Shown here piece after piece: positions 1 to 10,749 of a stretch of DNA of 64,000 nucleotides. The notes under the pieces are model-generated. The model was not told where the DNA came from, searched no databases, and worked only from the letters and a program-made list of their open reading frames with translations. Location of the stretch: IMG/VR virus record IMGVR_UViG_640753020_000006; one strand, 5' to 3'. Made by a program: the position numbers and the translations under genes. Positions within the stretch are counted from its first letter, which is position 1, and every line of letters starts with the position of its first letter. The stretch comes from a virus.

Positions 1-154
1 TGCAGGTAATTTAAATACATCTCATATTAAGGTTCATATTATAATCATAATATCACAAAAGCTTTAGGAAATAAATATAAAATGTTTAAAATTGGGTATA
101 ATGGTTAATGTCATAAGAATACTTTAAAATCACTCATTATTGTTCTAATTGGTG

Positions 155-184
155 AAAGCCCTGGGGTTTGGTCCTGGGGCTTTT
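155..184 (+). terminator. Intrinsic terminator-like hairpin
   Basis: AAAGCCCTGGGG-tttggt-CCTGGGGCTTTT; stem uses G.U pairs on the + strand, then a T run. Confidence 0.7.
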
Positions 185-322
185 GTGGACTCTTTTTGAA
201 TTATACTTAAAGATTTTAATGTAAATCCATGCTTTATTTAGTATATTTGTACTTATATATAAAATTAATGCATTGATTTTTTTGATTATTGATAATATAC
301 TTAGAATAAGGAGGACGTTAAA

Positions 323-568
323 ATGAAAAAATATATAAGAAAAATATATATAATATTTTCATATATAATTACATTTTTAATGCTTTTATCCTTAAGTACT
401 TTTCTTATAGTTCACTTATTAAAAATTTTTTTTAATAAGTTTTATATTATGTTTTATGGATATATCAACATGTTTTTATTGGCTTCTAATATTTTGTTAG
501 CAATATATATTACTACAAAATATTACGTTCCTTCTACTTATCATGTTTTTCATGACGATATTTATTAA
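323..568 (+). CDS. Small membrane protein, about 2 TM helices
   Basis: Strong RBS AAGGAGG; two hydrophobic stretches; 3' end overlaps the convergent gene by 35 nt. Confidence 0.6.
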   Translation: MKKYIRKIYIIFSYIITFLMLLSLSTFLIVHLLKIFFNKFYIMFYGYINMFLLASNILLAIYITTKYYVPSTYHVFHDDIY

Positions 569-1718
569 AATCAATAACATTATTAACATCATCTTTATTC
601 ACTTCTAGATTAGAGGATGCTATATTTATTTCTTTACATAATTCTAGCAATTTAATCTTTTCTTGTTTAAGTTTTAAATCTTCTTCCTCAATTTGTTTTT
701 CTTTTAGTTCTTTATTTAAATATTCATTTTTCATTTTAATCCTATGTTCTTTATACTTTATAAATAAATCCATAGCATTAGGAAGTTGTATGGGCCCAAT
801 TTTACCTCCTCCTATGGCTATCCAAACACATATAATACCAAACAACACTTTTGTGGAACTTATTACGTTTATTACATTATTACAATTATTTTGTATTTGT
901 TGCACTATAAAAACAACGTCTCCCGGTGAATTTAAATTCATCTTTGTGGAAACATTTATACTATTATCCATGCTATAAAAAAACTGTGAAATATTATACA
1001 TGAATTTTGAAAAATCAATAGCTCCTATCTCTTTTTCCTTTTCGATATTAAACACTATATTAATTTTATTATTTCTATAATATATATTATATATAGAACT
1101 TAATATAAAATCTGAATAATCATTTATATCGCTTAACCCATGATATGATGCTAATGCTTTATACAAATTAATGTTGATTCTTTCGCTATCTATAGTCTTT
1201 AAAATAGTTATTTTTCTACGCTTTTTATATGGACAAATTTCTTCTATTCCATAACTTTCTTTAGAATCTATTCTATTTATTATTTCTAATTCTTTCTCAT
1301 AGGTACAATTAATATCTTCATAGTATTCTCCTACCCTGGCGAAACAAATTGAATTATTCCCATGACTTGGTATCATAACTATATCTCCATCTTTCATTTC
1401 ATAGAAAAATCGAACACATTTATTGAAATTTTTAATGGCCTGTTTAGTTTTTATAGTTATAGGATATTTTCTTTCTATATACTTTTTTATTTCTAATTTT
1501 TTCTGCTTTAATTCCTTTTTATTCTCTTCATTTACTACGTTCAAAATTTTATCTTTTGTAATAGCATTCCAACCTAATGCTATAAACTTTTCTCGAATAA
1601 ATTCATCATAAAAAAATCCCTTTTTGGTTCTTACCATCCAAAAGTTAACACTACTGTCTATAACTTTTATATTCAAGCATTTAATCAAGTCAAGTAAGTT
1701 ATTTTGCTCTATATCCAT
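534..1718 (-). CDS. Hypothetical protein: N-terminal domain like that of Mrr-type restriction proteins, plus C-terminal TM helix and coiled coil
   Basis: FWMVRT..G...EF...FIALGWN and FFYEMKDGDIVMIPS motifs; LFGIICVWIAIGGG segment; RBS GGGGAG. Confidence 0.6.
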   Translation of the reverse strand: MDIEQNNLLDLIKCLNIKVIDSSVNFWMVRTKKGFFYDEFIREKFIALGWNAITKDKILNVVNEENKKELKQKKLEIKKYIERKYPITIKTKQAIKNFNKCVRFFYEMKDGDIVMIPSHGNNSICFARVGEYYEDINCTYEKELEIINRIDSKESYGIEEICPYKKRRKITILKTIDSERININLYKALASYHGLSDINDYSDFILSSIYNIYYRNNKINIVFNIEKEKEIGAIDFSKFMYNISQFFYSMDNSINVSTKMNLNSPGDVVFIVQQIQNNCNNVINVISSTKVLFGIICVWIAIGGGKIGPIQLPNAMDLFIKYKEHRIKMKNEYLNKELKEKQIEEEDLKLKQEKIKLLELCKEINIASSNLEVNKDDVNNVIDFNKYRHEKHDK

Positions 1719-2150
1719 AAGTTATTCTCCCCATCACACTAGCATTCCAAAGAATATATGGTATAATAGAGGTATATTCAATGAAATACGTTTTGTTTTA
1801 AGAAACCATTAAGATTGGTAGTCGTCATGGTTTCTTTTTTATTGTATAGCTTTTTACCAAAAAGGACAAGTCTTGACAATAAAAATAAACCCTGCCAGAA
1901 AATCCAGCAGGTTTGGAAAATGTATTTGGAGTGTTGATTTAAAAAAATTAAACTTATTTTAGGTTGTGAAAAATTAATTAAGGGGGTTAGCCTTATAAGT
2001 ATATGATATATGATTTTACAAGGCGTGTAAATGGTTTCAAGGCATAAAGCTTTCTTTTGTTTTGAATTTATTGAATTTGGATATAATAATTAATGCTTAC
2101 AAAACTACTATGTTATCTCTTTAATATCGTTTCAATATGTTTTAATCTAT

Positions 2151-2178
2151 AAAAGCCCTGGAGTTCACCAGGGCTTTT
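2151..2178. terminator. Bidirectional intrinsic terminator
   Basis: Perfect 11-bp stem AAAAGCCCTGG-agttca-CCAGGGCTTTT. Confidence 0.8.
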
Positions 2179-2262
2179 GCTATGTAAAACAAAGATAACC
2201 TTAAAAATAATTTTGAACATATACTACCACTCATTAATTAGTTTAATATACATTTACTTTAA

Positions 2263-2847
2263 TCATTTATTTTTGTTATGTTCGATATCCGCATTATCAT
2301 CTACTTCAACATCTTTATCATATTTTTCATTTTTCATTTTTGTATTTCTAAGAAAGGTCGTTACAATAGTTGCTATTCCCATTCCTCCAAATATAGTTCC
2401 CGATATAGAGTAACCCTTTACTATGCATACCCCTCCAACAACAATCACAGTAATTGACACAATAAGTGCAGATATTATTCCTACGATACTATTCCTCGAA
2501 CTTGAATCTAAAAACTTTTCCTCTAAACTATGTCTATGGTTCATTTGTTTTTCCGCCATACATATTATTCTATCAGCTGCACCAGGACATACTTTTTCGT
2601 ATTTCTCAAAAATTTCTGGAGGCGGAAGGGGGCCTGTAAAAATTGATCCTCTAAATACTTTTCTTTTTAAAGTTCTGTTTTCTTTTTTTAAGTCTTCTTT
2701 GTTTAGTATTTCAGAAGCTTCTACTTTTTCTTGTGGAATCCCTTCCGCTTCTTTAGGTAAAATCTCTTCTCCATTTTCTTCTTTTGAAGTTTCTTCTGGC
2801 TTTATTTCACCATCTTGTAGTCCTCCTGATATCTTTTTATTGCCCAC
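2263..2847 (-). CDS. DUF2335 family membrane protein
   Basis: FTGPLPPPE..EKYE..CPGAADRII.MAE motif followed by two TM helices. Confidence 0.85.
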   Translation of the reverse strand: MGNKKISGGLQDGEIKPEETSKEENGEEILPKEAEGIPQEKVEASEILNKEDLKKENRTLKRKVFRGSIFTGPLPPPEIFEKYEKVCPGAADRIICMAEKQMNHRHSLEEKFLDSSSRNSIVGIISALIVSITVIVVGGVCIVKGYSISGTIFGGMGIATIVTTFLRNTKMKNEKYDKDVEVDDNADIEHNKNK

Positions 2848-3008
2848 TTTAAATCTCCTCCAACTTTATCCCAGTCATTTTTCATCTTATCAATATCTGA
2901 CGTGCTAATTCCTATTAATGGCTGCTTGTCCCAATATGCTTTCTTTAATTCATTTAAATTTACAATTGTCTTTTTATTTAATTTTAGCTTTTGGTAAATT
3001 AATTTCAT
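2802..3008 (-). CDS. Small protein overlapping the DUF2335 gene start
   Basis: RBS GGGAGG before ATG 3008; D..KNDWDKVGGDL..A motif. Confidence 0.65.
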   Translation of the reverse strand: MKLIYQKLKLNKKTIVNLNELKKAYWDKQPLIGISTSDIDKMKNDWDKVGGDLKWAIKRYQEDYKMVK

Positions 3009-3110
3009 ACAATCATCCCTCCCACTAATATATAATACTATGTAAATATATAATAACATTTTGCTATAAAAAAGTACACCCTAGGCCAAATTAATGACCT
3101 AGGGTTAAAA

Positions 3111-3530
3111 TTATTGAGCTGGTTGTACTGGAACTGTTGCACCATCTGTATTTTCTGCAGTCCCTTCCTTCACCTGAATAGGTGTCAATATCCCTTCCCC
3201 TATCTTGATAACCCCATTACATACCTCTTTATTTATAGCATCCAATTCATTCTGTGTAAGCCCTGGTATTATCTGCAGTAATCTCTTTTCCATTTCTGCT
3301 CTCTTGGCATCTCCGGCTTTGGCCAAAGATTTAAATTCATCTTCCAACACATAATACAGCCCCTTTGCAACACTAAGAGCACGATTGTAATTATCTGCTC
3401 CTTTTTTTGCCGCAAGAGCCTGTTTCTGCACCTCTACTGCATCTGCGACCTTCTTTAACACAAAAGTACCTATAATCCCAACCACTCCTATAATAAACTG
3501 TACTCCCATGCTTAATATTTGTTCTTTCAT
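3111..3530 (-). CDS. Phage holin, LL-H-like family
   Basis: N-terminal TM followed by A..LY..LE....AGD.KR.E pattern; strong RBS. Confidence 0.65.
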   Translation of the reverse strand: MKEQILSMGVQFIIGVVGIIGTFVLKKVADAVEVQKQALAAKKGADNYNRALSVAKGLYYVLEDEFKSLAKAGDAKRAEMEKRLLQIIPGLTQNELDAINKEVCNGVIKIGEGILTPIQVKEGTAENTDGATVPVQPAQ

Positions 3531-3550
3531 TTGTATTACCTCCTAAAATT

Positions 3551-3925
3551 TTATTTTTCATTTTTCCCAAGCACATTTCTCTCAATTCTATCCTCAACAC
3601 GTCTGTTCATCCACATAAGAGCTTCTTCGATATGCGTTAAAGCACATGCATTTTCTCTGCTTGAAAATGATCCACTCTGGAAACTCTTTAATCTATCTCT
3701 TACTATTTCAAGTAAATCCGTATCAATTACACCCGGGGTAGACCCTTCCTCTTTCCTCGGCCCCTTCTGGAACTGTATTTCTGTAGCAACTAACGGTTCT
3801 TGAGTTTTAAAATCCAATTCATTACTCATCACTAAATAATTATGGTGTGCTCCACCTGGTCCTACTTCATCCTTTGAAAACACCTGATTTAAATTTTCTC
3901 TTTTTTGTATTGTTGATAATTTCAT
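3551..3925 (-). CDS. tad1: Tad1-family anti-defence sponge (anti-Thoeris; binds cyclic nucleotide signals)
   Basis: 124 aa; [41 protein letters not shown] and [33 protein letters not shown] match Clostridium botulinum prophage Tad1 as I recall it. Confidence 0.9.
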   Translation of the reverse strand: MKLSTIQKRENLNQVFSKDEVGPGGAHHNYLVMSNELDFKTQEPLVATEIQFQKGPRKEEGSTPGVIDTDLLEIVRDRLKSFQSGSFSSRENACALTHIEEALMWMNRRVEDRIERNVLGKNEK

Positions 3926-4041
3926 TTTCTCATTCCTCCATAATTTTTATAATTTGATAATTTAAAAAATGGCTATTTTACTAGCCTTACATAAGAAAAT
4001 TCTCACTCCATCAGAGAAAAGATAGAATGAGAATTTAAATA

Positions 4042-4275
4042 CTACCCTAGATAAACTTTATTGTCCTTTTCTCTGATGTCACAGAGTCTTAAAATAATAG
4101 GCATACAATTGCCCCCAATCAGAACTTTTTTATTTGGATCTAGCGTTTTCAGGTAATCAACTAGCTTTCCAATAGTATCTAACTCTTTTAAGTTTTCCTG
4201 CAATTCTTCTACATCTTTTTTTACATCTTCTGCATTACCTTCTTTTACATCCTTTAAAAACTTTTCATAATCCAT
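4042..4275 (-). CDS. Hypothetical phage protein
   Basis: RBS GGAGG points to ATG 4275 (MDYEKF) rather than 4290. Confidence 0.7.
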   Translation of the reverse strand: MDYEKFLKDVKEGNAEDVKKDVEELQENLKELDTIGKLVDYLKTLDPNKKVLIGGNCMPIILRLCDIREKDNKVYLG

Positions 4276-4320
4276 TTTACATTCCTCCATAATCTTTATA
4301 ATTTAAAAAGGAGCCTTTTA

Positions 4321-4343
4321 GGAGCGGTCAGATAGGGATTATT
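4321..4343 (+). repeat. Left junction (attL-like), host-site half
   Basis: GGAGCGGTCAGATAGGGATTA-TT; 17/21 match to the reverse complement of 17418-17438. Confidence 0.8.
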
Positions 4344-4358
4344 AATTCCTGAAAAATT

Positions 4359-4393
4359 CGGCATAGTCGTTGATATTCGGCTATGCCGTTTTT
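4359..4393. terminator. Terminator downstream of the recombinase
   Basis: CGGCATAGTCG-ttgatatt-CGGCTATGCCG flanked by A and T runs. Confidence 0.75.
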
Positions 4394-4397
4394 TCGT

Positions 4398-6107
<1,710 letters not shown>

Positions 6108-6311
6108 CTACCTTGAAGAAGTCGAGTTGATTTCCGTGGGTTTATTTGAACTATTTGATAACTTTGAAAGGCTTTTTGCGTTGACCGTAATCAGTCGTTT
6201 CAGCTTGGAATATGCACTTTCCTTTGCTGAATCACTTACTCGTGATTCCACCACATAGACCGTACCTCCGATATCGGATTTGGTTGTGCGGCTGTTACTT
6301 TGATTCTCCAT
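6108..6311 (-). CDS. Transposon-encoded TnpW-like small protein
   Basis: IGGTVYVVES..S.SAKE.AY.KLKRLI pattern directly upstream of the recombinase; RBS AGGAGG. Confidence 0.7.
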   Translation of the reverse strand: MENQSNSRTTKSDIGGTVYVVESRVSDSAKESAYSKLKRLITVNAKSLSKLSNSSNKPTEINSTSSR

Positions 6312-6386
6312 ATCGTGACCTCCTGTCCGATGTTTTGAAGGGACTGGCACTGAGCCGAATTGATTACCCAGTGCCTAATCCATTAT

Positions 6387-7286
6387 TTAAGCTTTTATTT
6401 GTAATATTTTCAGAGCATCCGGTTGAATTAGCTTGCCATCCAATCTCTCGTAAGCAGAAAATCCAATTTGCCCCTGCAATGCATATAACTCACTTAATTT
6501 TTTTATCGTTATTGGTTGACGTTCAATCAGCCAGTAGTATGATAAATCTCCAAATACAATGCTTTTCGCTCCTGCTGATACTGTAGGCATATATGGAGAG
6601 GTAACTACAGGCTTTCCGAAGATGGTGTTGTCTGAAGAATTCCACAGATAACTGCCGCTTGTATCCTTAAGGGTTCTAAGAAGCATGGCTGTATTATCGT
6701 GCATAATAAACACAGCGTTATTGCGATATTCATCTTTTAATGAAAAATACAGAGAGATAATCTCATCAAAAGAGATGGTACTATTGTCTGCTGTAGTTAC
6801 ATCTGCGTCTGCCGTAAGTATACCTGTTGGCTGAGTTGTGCCATTTCCATTAAGCAATGCATTTTCCTCAGCCTTGCCAAAACGCTTCGCAAAATCACCC
6901 ATCAGATATTTTTCAAGATTAAAGTTCATATCGGTGACGAATGAGCGGTTTAGCTTGACAAGAGATGCCAGCTTGTATGATTTCACCAGAAACTGTGTAA
7001 ATGTATCGGCACTTTCGGGGATTGGATCTCCGTCTTCAACCCAATCTGCTGTCCCTGTTGAGGATACCGCTTGAATTTTACCTTCTGCAGAAGATAGATT
7101 GATAACAGTAGCAAATCTGCGGAGTATATTCTCCTTTGCCAAAGCAGTGTTAAAGCCTTCTCGGAACTCGTCTGGTGCGACATAGGCTCCTGCATTATCA
7201 AAACCCTCTCTTAGATTTTGATTATTTTCTTCTTTTCCTTTCATAACATTCCAAAACGCTCTATTATAAGTTGTTGATGTTGCCAT
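6387..7286 (-). CDS. HK97-family major capsid protein (short, stand-alone)
   Basis: GAYVAPDEF, WVEDG..IPES, F...E....LNGNG..QPTGIL, IFGKPV, FGDLS.Y, ERLDGKL motifs. Confidence 0.9.
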   Translation of the reverse strand: MATSTTYNRAFWNVMKGKEENNQNLREGFDNAGAYVAPDEFREGFNTALAKENILRRFATVINLSSAEGKIQAVSSTGTADWVEDGDPIPESADTFTQFLVKSYKLASLVKLNRSFVTDMNFNLEKYLMGDFAKRFGKAEENALLNGNGTTQPTGILTADADVTTADNSTISFDEIISLYFSLKDEYRNNAVFIMHDNTAMLLRTLKDTSGSYLWNSSDNTIFGKPVVTSPYMPTVSAGAKSIVFGDLSYYWLIERQPITIKKLSELYALQGQIGFSAYERLDGKLIQPDALKILQIKA

Positions 7287-7318
7287 AATCGTTTACCTCC
7301 TAAATTAAAATTGATTGT

Positions 7319-7414
7319 GGGGTATATACCCCGTTTGAAACCGCGTTTTTTTACGCGTTGCCCCACGCCCGTTGTCCAGATGAAAAAGTGTGGAGATTTG
7401 ACCTCCCCTAGGGG
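7319..7414 (-). other. Putative cos-like packaging site
   Basis: GC-rich block GGGGAGGTCAAATCTCC...GGGCGTGGGGCAACGCGTAAAAAAACGCGG...GGGGTATATACCCC, resembling the HNH-terS intergenic region of Firmicutes cos phages. Confidence 0.55.
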
Positions 7415-7465
7415 CAGGTATTAACACATGGAGTTGTATCCATTGTTTTCACTGGTTTTAAGCTT

Positions 7466-7553
7466 TGTAGCAAGATGTAGCAGGTAAAAACTAAACTCTC
7501 TATACGAGAGCGATTTTTTATATAACCTGTTTTTCTTGCTACAAGCTGCTACA
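7466..7553. repeat. Putative replication origin of the element
   Basis: TGTAGCA at 7466 and 7476; inverted TGCTACA at 7537 and 7547; AT-rich spacer; directly downstream of the primase gene. Confidence 0.7.
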
Positions 7554-7559
7554 CTGTGT

Positions 7560-9890
7560 TTAAATAAGAAAAAATTCTTCTTCTGTCAGCTTATATCCGA
7601 TAAGCATTGTGGTCATCCCACCACCAGAACGTGGTCGTTTCCGTTCTACACGGGCGATAGCTGTTAATGCTTGTTTGAAGTTTCTTGCATTCTCCGAATA
7701 ACATCCATTGGCACTGCACCAACGCTGATACCGGGCATACACTTCGGATGTCCGCACCTCACTATTAGGACTTTCCTCCAAGGCATCCTCGAAAAATAAT
7801 GCTATTTTGTCGCTGTCACGTTTATAAGCCTCCGTTGCTGTCTTAACGGAATCAGGTAAAGTCAAGCCTTCTTTCTTTAACAGCTGATAGCCTTCAATTA
7901 GCCAGTTGAGGATAGCACTTTGATTCTTTGGTTTGGCGAATTCACGTTTTAAGTTTTTATCCTGCTCGCTTTCATCAAAGTGTCGTTCAAAAGGGATGAT
8001 TACCACTCTGCCACTGGAAAACAGTGTCATATCCGTAATAACGGGCAGATAATTGGTGTTGATATACAGCTTAAACTTTGGCGAAAAATCAAAGGAATTC
8101 TCATGTAGAAACCTTGCGTTAATGGTGTCACCACCCGTCATGCTTTTTACCTGTGCAGCATTTAGGACAAGTCCTCTGCTAGGTTCGGAGATATTCACAA
8201 AGCGTACTCCTGCAAGCCGGGCAATATCTTCACTTGGACTTGAACTGTTATTGTTCTTTTTCAGACTGATAGTCTCCGGCCTTGCGGTACAGCCATAACT
8301 GCCTAATACCTTAAGAATGCTCTCACATAGCGTACCTTTACCGTTTCGAGTTGTAGCACCATAGAGAACAAACAGGCATTCATACCGAGTGTCTCCGCTG
8401 ATACTGTAACCAAAGGCCTTTTGGAGGAATTTTGCCTTTTCCTCATCTCCGCTCATAATCTCATAAATAAATCTATCCCATCGCTCACTTTTTGCTTCTG
8501 GATCATATTTAACGCCAGATATCTTTGTAAGTCTGTCCTCGCTGTTGTGGGGATGAAAATCCATGGATGTTAAAAACAATGTTCCATTGGCACAGTTGAG
8601 TACCTGCGGGTCTTGGTCGAATTCAGCCATTGATATGGGATATACACTCTGTGCATCTTTAAGTACCGTTTCTCGGTATCTTCTTGACTGCCACTTTCGG
8701 CAATAGTCAATGTATGCCTTTCTTTGATGTTCATCTTGAATAGTCAAAGCATAGGTTAGCAGTTGATTAGCCAATGATTTACACATTTCCATCACTTTGA
8801 GATTACCAATATCGGGAGTCCATATGCCGTTTTCATAGCAAAACCACATCTTCCTTTCGGGAACATAGCGGGCAAAAGATTTATAATAATCAGCAAACAG
8901 CCTGCTTGCCCCAATATCTGTCCAAGGGTAACGCTCATTGTTTTCAGTCTTTAAATTAGCAAGGGAATATTCCCCCTGTAAAAAATCTTCTGTGGCTGAG
9001 GAACGCTTGCCGCCCGGTTTGTATACCTCAGTGACACTTGCGATAGCTTTTTGTATGGTTATCATTCCATAAGTACTGCCGGACTGCGGTCTATTCCATT
9101 TATCCCGCATTAGTCCACTTTTCCGAAAAAGTCTGTCCATCTGTCCAATATCCCTGCCACACCAAAATGCCAGCATACCACAAAGTGCCAAATCAGCTTC
9201 ACTGGCAGAAGCATAGCCTGATGTATCACCCTGCCACAATGCTTTGAACCTTTCTCCGTTTACTGATTTAAAAGCCTTCTCAATAACAGACTTGTCAGAC
9301 AGATAGGATTGGCTTTCTATATCTACTAGTTGCTTCACAGGGGTAGGACGCAGCATATACTTGTCTAGTATCATCTGTAGTTCATTCGATTTCTCCGGTA
9401 TATCACCATTTGCATACACATTGCCTGTTACGGTAACAAAGCGGTTTGTTGCTCCAGCCACATAGACCTCAACTCCCAGCTTTCTGTTGTTGATATAATA
9501 TTTTGTTTTGTCAAAGTCATAGCCAGTGGCCTTAAAGAAAATATGCAACCCTTTCCCAGATGGACTGTGTTCCATATAGCAACCACTAAAAGCCTCTACA
9601 ACACTTTGGGCAATAGGTTTAAGCTTACCGCTGCTATCAAAGCAATCATCTAAGTCGATAACACATATGTCATTACCCACCAAAAATCCGATACCATCAT
9701 AATCACTTATAGCAGCTACCGCCGAACTAAAATCTTTAAATGTACCACGTTGATTTGGTTTTGCCCTTTTTCTCGTTACTGGGTTATAGGGAACTTTGGT
9801 TTTTCTACCACTTCGCTCTTCATATTTCCAACAGCAAAACTGTGGCTTAATTTTGAGTATCTGTGGCAAGTTATCATATTGTGGTTTCAG
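7560..9890 (-). CDS. P4-family primase-polymerase / D5-type SF3 helicase
   Basis: Prim-pol DLDDC, EHSPSGKGLHI; SASEAD domain; GATTRNGKGT Walker A; RBS points to CTG 9890 (track start 9869). Confidence 0.92.
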   Translation of the reverse strand: MKPQYDNLPQILKIKPQFCCWKYEERSGRKTKVPYNPVTRKRAKPNQRGTFKDFSSAVAAISDYDGIGFLVGNDICVIDLDDCFDSSGKLKPIAQSVVEAFSGCYMEHSPSGKGLHIFFKATGYDFDKTKYYINNRKLGVEVYVAGATNRFVTVTGNVYANGDIPEKSNELQMILDKYMLRPTPVKQLVDIESQSYLSDKSVIEKAFKSVNGERFKALWQGDTSGYASASEADLALCGMLAFWCGRDIGQMDRLFRKSGLMRDKWNRPQSGSTYGMITIQKAIASVTEVYKPGGKRSSATEDFLQGEYSLANLKTENNERYPWTDIGASRLFADYYKSFARYVPERKMWFCYENGIWTPDIGNLKVMEMCKSLANQLLTYALTIQDEHQRKAYIDYCRKWQSRRYRETVLKDAQSVYPISMAEFDQDPQVLNCANGTLFLTSMDFHPHNSEDRLTKISGVKYDPEAKSERWDRFIYEIMSGDEEKAKFLQKAFGYSISGDTRYECLFVLYGATTRNGKGTLCESILKVLGSYGCTARPETISLKKNNNSSSPSEDIARLAGVRFVNISEPSRGLVLNAAQVKSMTGGDTINARFLHENSFDFSPKFKLYINTNYLPVITDMTLFSSGRVVIIPFERHFDESEQDKNLKREFAKPKNQSAILNWLIEGYQLLKKEGLTLPDSVKTATEAYKRDSDKIALFFEDALEESPNSEVRTSEVYARYQRWCSANGCYSENARNFKQALTAIARVERKRPRSGGGMTTMLIGYKLTEEEFFLI

Positions 9891-10509
9891 TTATTTCACC
9901 TCCTTGCCTGTTAAAAATGACCCGAAACGCTACTGTTCCAGAGGGTTTGCCTTGTTTGACACAACCTCGTTATCTTTCAAGGAATACGCTCGGAATTATC
10001 GTCATGGCATATTCACCTTGAAGTATCTCTTGCATTTCGGGGTATTCAGTTGTCAAGGAGCAGTGAGAGAAAAACTATGCTTTCATTGGGGGATTATTTT
10101 TCCTCTCACCTTATAGCCACGGTAGGGCACATTAGTTGAGGATTTTCTAAAAATAATTTTCTTCCTCATCTATAAGCGAAGAATTCTATTGATTCGAACC
10201 CCTTAAAATAAAAAAACAGCCTGTCTTTTTTCTAAGGTAAAGACGACTGTAATGATTGTGTTTTTGCTCAAATTTGAGCGAAAGTGGTATTGAATTTAAG
10301 AAGTCTGAATGTTTTAACTTTGCCTTTGGTTTTACAAATAGACTTACAGACATTTTTGTCTAAAAGCTTTAATTCGAACATCTTAAGATAAATGCGTAAA
10401 TAGAAAATTGTGATTGAAATAGACGAAAAATAATGTGAGATTAAAAATTTATACTGTTTATAGCGTGTTTTTGTGATATAATTATTAATATTTGTAGGAG
10501 GTGCAAAAA

Positions 10510-10749
10510 ATGGCAATACATTATAACAAGCTATGGAAGCTGCTAATTGATAAGAATATGAAAAAGAAAGATTTGCAACGCCTTTCCGGTGTTAGCTCGG
10601 CAACTATCACAAAGCTTGGCAGAAACGAAAATGTAAATACAGAAATACTTCAAAAAATATGCACAGCTTTAGAATGTGATATTTGTGATATTTTAGAGTT
10701 TGTACCTGATAAAATTGAGAAAGGCAAGGTGAATGATAACAATGATTAA
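10510..10749 (+). CDS. Cro/C1-type HTH regulator upstream of mod
   Basis: YNKLWKLLID..MKKKDL...SGVS.ATITKLG.NE.V..EIL.KIC.AL.C...DI; RBS AGGAGG. Confidence 0.9.
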   Translation: MAIHYNKLWKLLIDKNMKKKDLQRLSGVSSATITKLGRNENVNTEILQKICTALECDICDILEFVPDKIEKGKVNDNND

